Position numbers and translations under genes: made by a program
The notes under the pieces: generated by a model
The model's database searches: none
The model's input: the letters and a program-made list of their open reading frames with translations, nothing else
What the model was told of the DNA's origin: nothing
In this document: positions 25,196 through 32,000 of the stretch, piece after piece
Numbering within the stretch: position 1 is the first letter of the stretch
Layout: every line of letters begins with the position of its first letter
Source: an uncultured Pseudohongiella sp.
GTDB taxonomy: Bacteria; Pseudomonadota; Gammaproteobacteria; Pseudomonadales; Pseudohongiellaceae
Assembly: GCA_951812965.1 (NCBI GenBank)
Contig: OX638341.1
Coordinates: forward strand, 570,438-602,437
Reading direction: 5' to 3'
Length of the DNA: 32,000 nucleotides

Positions 25196-26158
25196 CTAGT
25201 CCGCATGGGGCGTGACAATGTGCGCGGGAAGATCTTCATCCTTCGTCCTGGGCACGATGGCGGTCAAGGCGGAACCGAGCACCAGCACCATGGCGCCGCC
25301 GATGGAAATCCAGCCCAGCCGATCCGAAAACGCATAGTCCGGGTTCACGAGCACCACAAGTTTCAGCGAGCTGATGGTGAACAACGGGGCCAGCGCCAGC
25401 ACCGCGCTGACCTTGGACGCATCCCAGCATTTCAGCGCTTCGGCGAAGCAGCCGTAAGCGATCACGGTATTCAGGCAGGCGAAGGCAAGCAGGCCGTATT
25501 GCAGGTTACTCAGGCCGAAAAGCGAGCCGGGGTTGATAAAAGGCAACAGCACCAGCGCGGAAAACATGTAAATAAGCGATAAAATCTGCGCGGAGCTGAA
25601 CTCGGAATGGAGCTTCTTCTGCAATAAGGCATAGATCGTCCAGCCAACCGCCGACGCCACCACGATCAGCACGCCGATGGTCTGCGCGTTTTCCGGATCG
25701 AGCAGTTCCAGCAGTCGATCGTGAAAAAACAGCGCAAGGCCGACTACGATCAGCGCCGTTCCCAGTTTCTGGGCGATGGTGAATGGCTCTTGGTAGAACA
25801 CCACGCCGCCGAAGATCAGGAACAGCGTTGTCAACTGGATGACGGCTTCGGCGGTTTCTCCGTTGACGAAATTCAGGGAGACGCTGAACAGGTAATAATT
25901 GCTGCATAGTCCGACAGCGGCCAGCAGCAGCCACCAGCCGGCGCCGTTGACAAATTGCCGGGGCGTCGGCAAGCGCCCGAGCCATGCCAGCCAGGGGAGC
26001 AGAATCGCCGCCGCGACCAGGAAGCGGTACCAGACTATGGTCTGGGCATCCATGCCGAGCAGCAACTCTTTCAGAGTTACCGGCAGCATCCCCCACATGC
26101 CGGCCGCCACCAGGGATAAAAAGAATCCGGCGACGGGATTTCTCGCTTGGTTTTCCAT
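25196..26158 (-). CDS. DMT-superfamily transporter (EamA/RhaT-like, 10 TM)
   Basis: 320 aa, uniformly hydrophobic, with two EamA-like halves (LLSLVAAGMWGMLPV..., ...ASAVGWTIYALLQKKL...). Confidence 0.85.
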   Translation of the reverse strand: MENQARNPVAGFFLSLVAAGMWGMLPVTLKELLLGMDAQTIVWYRFLVAAAILLPWLAWLGRLPTPRQFVNGAGWWLLLAAVGLCSNYYLFSVSLNFVNGETAEAVIQLTTLFLIFGGVVFYQEPFTIAQKLGTALIVVGLALFFHDRLLELLDPENAQTIGVLIVVASAVGWTIYALLQKKLHSEFSSAQILSLIYMFSALVLLPFINPGSLFGLSNLQYGLLAFACLNTVIAYGCFAEALKCWDASKVSAVLALAPLFTISSLKLVVLVNPDYAFSDRLGWISIGGAMVLVLGSALTAIVPRTKDEDLPAHIVTPHAD

Positions 26159-26204
26159 GCAGTCTTGCGGATTCCCGGAATCCCCTCATTCAGGCCGGGG
26201 CAGA

Positions 26205-27407
26205 CTATCGCCCCAGGTTTTCGTAGATAACGACATTGCGCGTAGCCGAACCGATAGCGGCCAGGTCGATATCTCCATCACCGTCCATATCGGCCGCCGC
26301 GAGGCCGGATACCGCCACCCCGGCATCCAGGTTTTCGCGGCGCCAGCGTTCTGCGCGGTCGTCGTATTGATAAATTGCCAGTTGGTGCGGTTCGGAACGG
26401 CCGCCGGCGATGATTTCGTCGACGCCGTCGTTGTCGAGGTCCGCCGTGATCAGGCCATGGCCGCCGGCAATACTGTCATCGATTTCAATCCGGTTCCAGG
26501 GAAATTCACCGCCCTGGTAAACCACCACCTGGTTGCCGTGCCAGGGTTCTACCGTGGCGACATAGCGGCCGCCGGGAAAGTTTCCGACGTCTACTTCACT
26601 TGAGCCGATATTGGGCCGTTCCGGACCTTGCAGACCCTCGCCGATCTGTGTCTTTGCCACCGCCTGCCCATTGGTCGCGAGCTGGAACAGATGCACGCCG
26701 CCGAAACTCGCCGTCAGCAGGTCTTCCCGGCCGTCGCCGTCCCAGTCCACGCTGCTCATGCCGTGCGACAATTCCAGGCTGTGGTCGAGGACCACGCCGT
26801 TCCAACTCTCTACCGTTAAATCCTGCGGCACGGGATAGGACTTCAATTGCAGGCCGACATCGTAAAGCGGCCCGCTTGCGCCGATGCCGATAATTGGCAG
26901 GTTAACCAATTCCTGGCTGCCATCGCCGTTCACATCGGCCCAGCGAATTCGGTGAGACGTCGGAATCTCGTCGATGTAATGCGCCGGCCATTCTTCGTTG
27001 GCCATGGGGTCACCGGGATTCTCCATCCAGTGAATCACACCGCCGCCGGTGGAATTGCCGAGGCTGAAATCGTGCGCCAGCGCCAGGTCCGTGTCGCCGT
27101 CGCCGTCGATGTCCAGCGGCGCACTGGAGATGTTGCCCTGCATGGTCGAAGTGACCGCGTATTTGTCCCAATCCGGATTGCGGAACCAGGCCAGTTGCCC
27201 CGGGTTGGTCGCCCAGGCGACGACGTCGGTCAGGCCGTCGCCGTCGATATCGGCGAAATCCACGCCGTAACCGCCCTGGAATTCGGTGTCCAGCACCCGC
27301 CGCTCGAATTCCGGTAAATCCTGAGCTGCGGTCCCGGCGGCCACAAAAAGCACGGCAACGGCGCCCAACGCCCGGAAGCGGAAGCTGAAATTACTGATTT
27401 CCCTCAT
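26205..27407 (-). CDS. Secreted FG-GAP / VCBS repeat protein (beta-propeller)
   Basis: Repeated calcium-binding-type motifs: DIDGDGLTDVV, DIDGDGDTDLA, DVNGDGSQELV, DWDGDGREDLL, DLDNDGVDEII, DMDGDGDIDLA. I prefer the ATG at 27407, which gives the signal peptide MREISNFSFRFRALGAVAVLFVAAGTAAQ. Confidence 0.8.
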   Translation of the reverse strand: MREISNFSFRFRALGAVAVLFVAAGTAAQDLPEFERRVLDTEFQGGYGVDFADIDGDGLTDVVAWATNPGQLAWFRNPDWDKYAVTSTMQGNISSAPLDIDGDGDTDLALAHDFSLGNSTGGGVIHWMENPGDPMANEEWPAHYIDEIPTSHRIRWADVNGDGSQELVNLPIIGIGASGPLYDVGLQLKSYPVPQDLTVESWNGVVLDHSLELSHGMSSVDWDGDGREDLLTASFGGVHLFQLATNGQAVAKTQIGEGLQGPERPNIGSSEVDVGNFPGGRYVATVEPWHGNQVVVYQGGEFPWNRIEIDDSIAGGHGLITADLDNDGVDEIIAGGRSEPHQLAIYQYDDRAERWRRENLDAGVAVSGLAAADMDGDGDIDLAAIGSATRNVVIYENLGR

Positions 27408-27492
27408 GCCCGGAGCACCATTCGCAGTATCGATTCGGAAGGGCGAATCAAGGTACTGCCAATTCCACCGCAAAGCAAACGCTTTCCGGGCT

Positions 27493-28038
27493 TCAGCCCA
27501 TGTGGCGCGAGAACCGGGCCTTGAGGAAGTCCATCTGGTCGGCGAGCACGTTGTGATTGGTCAGATAGAGAAACTCGTACTGATTAGGCACGAAAGGAAT
27601 CGCGAGCAATTGCATGCCTGCTTCTTCCGGCGTGCGGTCGGCCTTGTGGTTGTTGCAGCGGCGGCAGGAAGTCACGACATTGGTCCAGCGATCCCGCCCG
27701 CCCCGGGACAAGGGCAACACGTGGTCGCGCGAAAGATCGGCGCTCGCGTGTTCATTGCCGCAATACATGCACAGATTCTGGTCACGGCGGAAAAGGATGC
27801 TGTTTTCCAGCGGCGGCTGGTACTGGTCCCGATGCACCTTGCCTTCGCAGGCCACGATGCTCGGCAGCCTGAGAACGGAGCGCTCGCCGAGCCGGTTGTA
27901 GCCGCCGCGAATTTCGAGCACGGCCACACCCATCGACCAGATAACCATTTCCTTGACGATGAGCGTGGCGGTCTCTTCCCGCGTCAGCCAGGCCACGGGC
28001 GAACCGGCCTTGTTTAACCGCAGTACTTTAGCGTTCAT
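27493..28038 (-). CDS. HNH endonuclease, stand-alone
   Basis: 181 aa. HNH core: CMYCG...DLSRDHVLPLSRGGRDRWTNVVTSCRRCNNHKADRTPEEA. AAGGA lies 8 nt before the ATG. Confidence 0.85.
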   Translation of the reverse strand: MNAKVLRLNKAGSPVAWLTREETATLIVKEMVIWSMGVAVLEIRGGYNRLGERSVLRLPSIVACEGKVHRDQYQPPLENSILFRRDQNLCMYCGNEHASADLSRDHVLPLSRGGRDRWTNVVTSCRRCNNHKADRTPEEAGMQLLAIPFVPNQYEFLYLTNHNVLADQMDFLKARFSRHMG

Positions 28039-28079
28039 GCAGAAATCCTTGTCGCGAGTGCAAAGCCAGGCTCAAGCTG

Positions 28080-28108
28080 AATATCGGCTTGAACGCGGTG
28101 GATTGTAA
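28080..28108 (-). promoter_or_regulatory. Candidate sigma70 promoter of the HNH gene (TTACAA, 17 nt spacer, GATATT)
   Basis: On the minus strand, the -35 is at 28108-28103 and the -10 at 28085-28080, about 40 nt upstream of the ATG at 28038. Hexamer match only. Confidence 0.3.
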
Positions 28109-28149
28109 CCTCCCCCCACGCTTTGTCGAGGTCTAAGGAAAATTAACCC

Positions 28150-28262
28150 GTCGCCGTCGGGTCAGGGGAAGTGCAGCGGACGCCGTCAATACGTCCGTGT
28201 AGGCTTCGGGCTCGGCGTCCTGCCTCGCACGCCCGCTGCACTTCCCCTGACCCGACGGCGAC
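28150..28262. repeat. 113-bp element with perfect 30-bp terminal inverted repeat
   Basis: Left arm 28150-28179 is gtcgccgtcgggtcaggggaagtgcagcgg. Right arm 28233-28262 is ccgctgcacttcccctgacccgacggcgac, its exact reverse complement. The 53-nt centre contains a further 8-bp stem, ggacgccg / cggcgtcc (28178-28185 and 28213-28220). Confidence 0.9.
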
Positions 28263-28410
28263 TCACGTTGTGCAGGCCCTTCATACTGTCATTCTGCGCG
28301 TAGCAAAGCGAAGTCGCAGAATCTCCCCTCCCTGGCGCCTGGACTGTGCAGGCTGTTGCTGTTCCGGTTAGGCTTGCCCTCGTATGGGTTGAACTCAAGC
28401 GGGAGGTTTC

Positions 28411-29307
28411 ATGAAAGGGGATATTGAGAAGCGTGACGAACCCTTGCTGTTGATCGGGGATCGGCTTTCGATCGGAACCTTGCTGCGTGTGTTCCGCTTC
28501 AAGATCGTTGTCACATGGACGTTGACCACGCTGGAAACCGCGATGCTCGCCTTTTTCCCGCTGCTGATGGGGCGCTCGATCGACGGCTTGCTGGGTGACG
28601 AATACACGGCCTTTTATCAACTCATCGCGGCCATGGCGGTACTGATCGTCGTGGCGACCGGGCGGCGCGTGTACGACACGCGCGCTTACGGCTCGATGCG
28701 GGTCGCGCTGGGCCGGGCCCAGGCGCATCGCGCCGGGGAGGAAGCGGTTTCGGTCACCAATGCGCGTGTGCTCATGGGGCGCGAACTGGTGGATTTTCTG
28801 GAAGAGGAGGCGCCGCTTTCGATAACGGGGCTGATTCAGGTCGTCGTCGCCATCGCGGTGCTGTTCAGCTTTCACGGCCTGCTGGCCCTTGCCGCCAGTA
28901 TCGCGGCCGCCGTCATGCTGGGAATTTACGGCCTTTCGGCGCGCCGCTTTTTCACGCTGAATTCCGATCTGAACGAGCAGACCGAGGCGCAGGTCGCAAC
29001 GCTGGAAAGCCGGGACCTGAGCAAGGTTACGGCGCATCTCGTCGGGCTGCGCCGGCACGAGGTGCGGCTGTCGGACACCGAATCCGTGGTCTACGCGCTG
29101 ATTTTCATCGCCCTGCTGACGATGCTGGGTTTCAATCTCTGGTTCGCGGCGACACAGACCGGCGCGACTCCCGGCGAGATATTCTCCATCGTCACCTATT
29201 CCTACGAGTTCATCCAGATGTCGGTAATCCTGCCGATGGCCTTGCAGAATCTGACCCGCCTGGCGGAAATCACCGAACGCATCAACAAGGCGCGGCCGGC
29301 AACCTGA
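28411..29307 (+). CDS. ABC-exporter-type six-transmembrane domain protein lacking an ATPase domain
   Basis: 298 aa. It has the ABC_membrane-like layout: TM1 and TM2 early, an intracellular helical stretch (YDTRAYGSMRVALGRAQ...), then TM3-6. No Walker motifs. GGGAGG lies 4 nt before the ATG. Confidence 0.7.
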   Translation: MKGDIEKRDEPLLLIGDRLSIGTLLRVFRFKIVVTWTLTTLETAMLAFFPLLMGRSIDGLLGDEYTAFYQLIAAMAVLIVVATGRRVYDTRAYGSMRVALGRAQAHRAGEEAVSVTNARVLMGRELVDFLEEEAPLSITGLIQVVVAIAVLFSFHGLLALAASIAAAVMLGIYGLSARRFFTLNSDLNEQTEAQVATLESRDLSKVTAHLVGLRRHEVRLSDTESVVYALIFIALLTMLGFNLWFAATQTGATPGEIFSIVTYSYEFIQMSVILPMALQNLTRLAEITERINKARPAT

Positions 29308-29419
29308 AACGCAAATCCGCAATTCCCGCGACGTCTCGCCGGATACCGGCGTTACGGCTGAAAACCGCATCGCGGATTGCACTTTCAATTGCAAATGATA
29401 TTCTTGTCCGCATGTATAG

Positions 29420-29611
29420 ATGACCGTGTTTCTGGACGCCAATCCGCTGGTGTACGCGCAAGGCAAGGATACCAAGACCGAGATAGGCCGCCAGATCGTT
29501 CTGCAAGGCGGCGTCATCGGTTCGCGAGCGCCGGATGAGTTCATGAGCGTGCAGCGGCGCAAGTTCAAGGACGGTATTTCCGCCGTTCTCCCGGTGGACC
29601 TTTCCGGCTGA
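29420..29611 (+). pseudogene. N-terminal fragment of a PIN-domain (VapC-like) gene, 63 codons
   Basis: MTVFLDANPLVYAQGKD...GGVIGSRAPDEFMSVQRRKF matches the first half of PIN toxins: the first acidic residue in FLDAN and the second in PDEF. The C-terminal half with the remaining acidic residues is absent. There is no SD and no antitoxin gene upstream. Its stop overlaps the next ATG. Confidence 0.5.
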
Positions 29612-30132
29612 TGCCGCTGACTTCCCCGTACTCTGACGAAGCGCTGGATCACCGCGCGAAACCGGATCCGCTCGACGATCTGATTCGCGCCAGTCCGCCC
29701 CATGAGCGGCTGGTCTCCCGGGCCACCACCGCCGCCATCGCCGTCTTCCTGGTTGGGGCGCTCTTCGCGCCGATCAGGTTCTCGACCGTCATACCCGTCA
29801 TAGCCACGGACCGGGGACAAACGATTGCCGACGCCGGACGGATGCCGTTGCGGGTGGACGTCGCGAGTCTCGATGACGCCTCGCGAAACGCGCTCGCGAT
29901 CCTGTCGCCCGGCGCCGCGGTTACGCTGGTCGGCGATGCCGGGATTGCCGACGGCCGCCTGTTGAGCGTTTCCGCCGCCTCCGCCGGCAACGTCACGATC
30001 GATGTCCGGCTCTCGCCTTCGGCCGAGTTCGAGGTTGCGCCGACGAACCGTGCGGTGCTGCGTATTCCCGCCGGCAGCCGCAGCGTCGCCGCTGCATTGG
30101 CCGGACTCGCCTTGCGAACGGCGTTCGAGTAG
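29611..30132 (+). CDS. Minimal HlyD-like (membrane-fusion / bacteriocin secretion adaptor-like) protein
   Basis: 173 aa. The N-terminus SDEALDHRAKPDPLDDLIRASPPHERL followed by one TM resembles the N-termini of NHLP/bacteriocin-system HlyD proteins (EAL....SPE.LD.L......P..W). The C-terminus resembles only the HlyD beta-barrel part (LSPGAAVTLV...GRLLSVS...VLRIPAGSRS). No coiled-coil hairpin is present. Assignment is from memory of family patterns. Confidence 0.45.
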   Translation: MPLTSPYSDEALDHRAKPDPLDDLIRASPPHERLVSRATTAAIAVFLVGALFAPIRFSTVIPVIATDRGQTIADAGRMPLRVDVASLDDASRNALAILSPGAAVTLVGDAGIADGRLLSVSAASAGNVTIDVRLSPSAEFEVAPTNRAVLRIPAGSRSVAAALAGLALRTAFE

Positions 30133-30161
30133 CGCCGAACATTGAAGGAGCGTTAATCCCA

Positions 30162-32000
30162 GTGCGACTTCCCACCGCAAAGTCCGTCGGAAAATGGCTG
30201 CATCGTTGCCGGGACTTCGTCGTTTACTATCGCAAGACGCCTTCCATCCAGCAGATCGCGGTCAGGGAGTGCGGAGCGGCGGCGCTGGGGATCGTGCTGG
30301 CGCACTACGGCCGATGGGTGCCGATCAACGAACTTCGGGTCGCCTGCGGAGTCAGTCGCGACGGCTGCACCGCGGGGGACCTGCGGCAGGCGGCCGACCG
30401 TTTCGGAGTCGACCTGAAAGGCCAAAGACTTCCGTACCGCTACCTGCGCAGCATCCGCACTCCGGCGATCCTGTTCTGGGAGTTCCAGCACTTCTGCGTC
30501 CTGGAGGGGTTTCGCGGCGACGATTTCCTGATCAACGATCCGGCGCAGGGCCACCGCCTGGTGCGCGAAGACGAGTTTGCCAAGTTGTACACCGGGGTCG
30601 TGCTCACGCTCGAGCCGCGCCCGGACTTCGTCCAGGGCGGGCGGCCTCCCAACATTCGCGACAAGCTCTGGCCCTGGTTCCGTCCTCATCGCAGACTGCT
30701 CCTGATTGCCGTTTTTTGTGGCCTGCTCGGTGCGATTCCAACCTTGGCCGTCCCGCTGCTGCTCGGCGCATTCGTCGACTACGCCCAGGCCGGCGCGACT
30801 GCGACCGCGCTCTACATCGTCGGCGCGGTGGCCCTTGCGGCGATCGCCCTTTTCGCTTTTACCTGGCTGCAGCAGCACGTCCTGAACCGGTTGAGCTTGC
30901 GCGTGTCGGTCGAGCAGTCGGCCCGGCTCGTCTCGACACTGCTGCGCCTGCCAAGGGAGTATTTCGCCCAACGCCTTTCCGGCGATGTCGCTTCGCGCAT
31001 CCAACTCGTCAACAACGTTACCGACGAAGGTTCGACGCAGTTGACGGGCATCTTCATCGAGCTGGCGATCAGCGCCGCGCTGTTCGTATGGATGGCGTAC
31101 GCAGATGCGTGGCTGGCAGCCGGAGTGCTCGCGGTGGCGGCCGCGAACGCGGTGGCGGTGCACATGCTGGTCAGGCTGCGCCTGCACGAGAATCACCGGC
31201 TCAGGCAGGAGCAAGGCCGACTGCTCGGCGCCTGCGCCACCGGATTGCGAAGGCTCGACTCGATTCGGGCGTCCGGTACGGAAGCGGCGCTCTTCTCGCG
31301 CTGGACGGGCTATCTGGCCCGCGAACTCGACATTCGGCAACGGTTCGCCGAGTTCGGCGCGGCGATCGCTACGTCCCCGGCTCTGGCACAGGCGATGGGC
31401 GCCGCGGTCATTCTCTATTTCGGGACGATTCGGGTGCTCGGAGGCGAGATGTCTCTCGGCGACCTGACAGCGTACTTCCTGGTGGGCTCCCGCTTTCTCG
31501 TCCCGATCGGCCGCTTCGTCGACGCCGCCGACCGACTCAATGTGCTGGCGGCGGATCTGCAGCGGATCGACGACGTGGGCGGGGCGCCGGCGCCCGCCCT
31601 GCTCCAGGAGAAGTCGGGGCAGCGTCTTGCCGTGTTCCAGCGCAAATTGCGCTTGGCCGGGCGCCTTGAAATCAAGGGGTTGACTTTCGGCTACCGGCGC
31701 TGGGGGGATCCTTTGCTCTCGGACTTCAGCCTGTCGATCGAGCCGGGACAGCGCGTTGCCGTGATCGGATCGAGCGGCTCCGGCAAGTCGACCCTGGCCA
31801 TGCTCGTGGGGGGCTTGTGGGAACCCTGGGCCGGTGAAATCCTGTTCGATGGGGTTTCGCGGGAACAAATCTCGGCTGAAATCATGGCGGACTCCGTGGC
31901 CTTTGTGGACCAGGAGGTTGCCCTGTTTTCCGGAACGGTGCGGGAAAATCTGACGATGTGGAACCACAAGGTGCCCGACGACCTGATCGTCGCCGCCGCC
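30162..32000 (+). CDS. Peptidase-C39 / permease / ATPase ABC exporter (double-glycine peptide, bacteriocin/NHLP-type); the 3' end lies beyond the window
   Basis: Edge-truncated ORF, absent from the supplied track and open for 613 codons from GTG 30162 (GAAGGAG upstream). I translated VRLPTAKSVGKWLHRCRDFVVYYRKTPSIQQIAVRECGAAALGIVLAHYGRWVPINELRVACGVSRDG...ILFWEFQHFCVLEG...LINDPAQG, which gives the C39 Cys, His and Asp contexts. The TMD contains FAQRLSGDVASRIQ. The NBD starts LEIKGLTFGYRR...IEPGQRVAVIGSSGSGKST (Walker A). Listed ORFs 30194-31669 (+) and 30153-31967 (-) are off-frame or antisense shadows. Confidence 0.9.
   Translation, partial: MRLPTAKSVGKWLHRCRDFVVYYRKTPSIQQIAVRECGAAALGIVLAHYGRWVPINELRVACGVSRDGCTAGDLRQAADRFGVDLKGQRLPYRYLRSIRTPAILFWEFQHFCVLEGFRGDDFLINDPAQGHRLVREDEFAKLYTGVVLTLEPRPDFVQGGRPPNIRDKLWPWFRPHRRLLLIAVFCGLLGAIPTLAVPLLLGAFVDYAQAGATATALYIVGAVALAAIALFAFTWLQQHVLNRLSLRVSVEQSARLVSTLLRLPREYFAQRLSGDVASRIQLVNNVTDEGSTQLTGIFIELAISAALFVWMAYADAWLAAGVLAVAAANAVAVHMLVRLRLHENHRLRQEQGRLLGACATGLRRLDSIRASGTEAALFSRWTGYLARELDIRQRFAEFGAAIATSPALAQAMGAAVILYFGTIRVLGGEMSLGDLTAYFLVGSRFLVPIGRFVDAADRLNVLAADLQRIDDVGGAPAPALLQEKSGQRLAVFQRKLRLAGRLEIKGLTFGYRRWGDPLLSDFSLSIEPGQRVAVIGSSGSGKSTLAMLVGGLWEPWAGEILFDGVSREQISAEIMADSVAFVDQEVALFSGTVRENLTMWNHKVPDDLIVAAA

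Noticed and set aside
28141-28272. Integron attC site (aattaac ... gttgtgc flanking an internal palindrome)
   Set aside because: Both core-like heptamers have mismatches. The stem is a perfect 30 bp, unlike imperfect attC bulged stems. There is no intI gene or cassette array, and the element is at the 5' side of both neighbouring genes.
28171-28371. 66-codon ORF ending in a Cys-rich tail (..LDCAGCCCSG) upstream of the export locus, considered as a RiPP precursor
   Set aside because: It is read straight through the 30-bp inverted repeat and the second hairpin. It starts at GTG without an SD, is extremely Arg-rich, and has no GG/GA leader cleavage motif. It is most likely an artefact of structured GC-rich DNA.
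29380-29420. Sigma70 promoter TTGCAA ... TATAGA in front of the 63-codon ORF
   Set aside because: The spacer is about 20 nt, too long for a standard promoter. I left it unannotated.
28186-31967. Very long minus-strand ORFs 28186-30180 (664 aa) and 30153-31967 (604 aa), and plus-strand ORF 30194-31669 (491 aa)
   Set aside because: They are Arg/Gly/Pro/Ala-rich with no motifs, and lie antisense or off-frame to genes with clear ABC, C39 and HlyD-like signatures. They are typical high-GC shadow ORFs. The real exporter frame starts at 30162 and is open to the window end.
1-32000. tRNA, rRNA or other canonical RNA genes
   Set aside because: Scanning for T-loop-like GGTTCGA motifs gave only one hit, inside the ABC exporter coding region (about 31029), without acceptor or anticodon arms. 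There are no rRNA-like stretches, and the intergenic regions are short.

Overview
GC-rich, proteobacterial-looking chromosomal segment. I support 26 protein-coding genes, one gene fragment, one complete insertion sequence and a dispersed palindromic repeat (REP-like) family. I saw no rRNA, tRNA or CRISPR array. Two real genes are cut by the window edges and are missing from the supplied ORF track: an S9 peptidase paralogue (1-1067, minus) and a C39-peptidase ABC exporter (30162-32000, plus). Gene order, left to right: (1) two tandem S9 serine peptidase paralogues separated by a 44/45-bp tandem-repeat array, plus a periplasmic PQQ dehydrogenase; (2) a vapBC toxin-antitoxin pair with an IS1202/ISNCY-type IS inserted just upstream of its putative promoter; (3) a divergent PepSY membrane protein and TonB-dependent receptor pair; (4) an aminotransferase, an amidohydrolase and a PotABCD-like ABC importer cluster; (5) two tandem homologues of eukaryote-type sterol C-24 methyltransferase (ERG6/SMT), which I rate the most unusual content; (6) a phd-parE toxin-antitoxin module; (7) a secreted alpha/beta-hydrolase-like protein, a DUF1499 protein, an EamA transporter, an FG-GAP/VCBS protein and an HNH endonuclease; (8) a double-glycine peptide export locus comprising an ATPase-less six-TM ABC protein, a PIN gene fragment, a 173-aa minimal HlyD-like protein and a C39-ABC exporter. 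No substrate gene is visible for this locus, and a 113-bp element with a perfect 30-bp inverted repeat lies upstream of it. All functional calls come from reading motifs in the translations. No database search was run.
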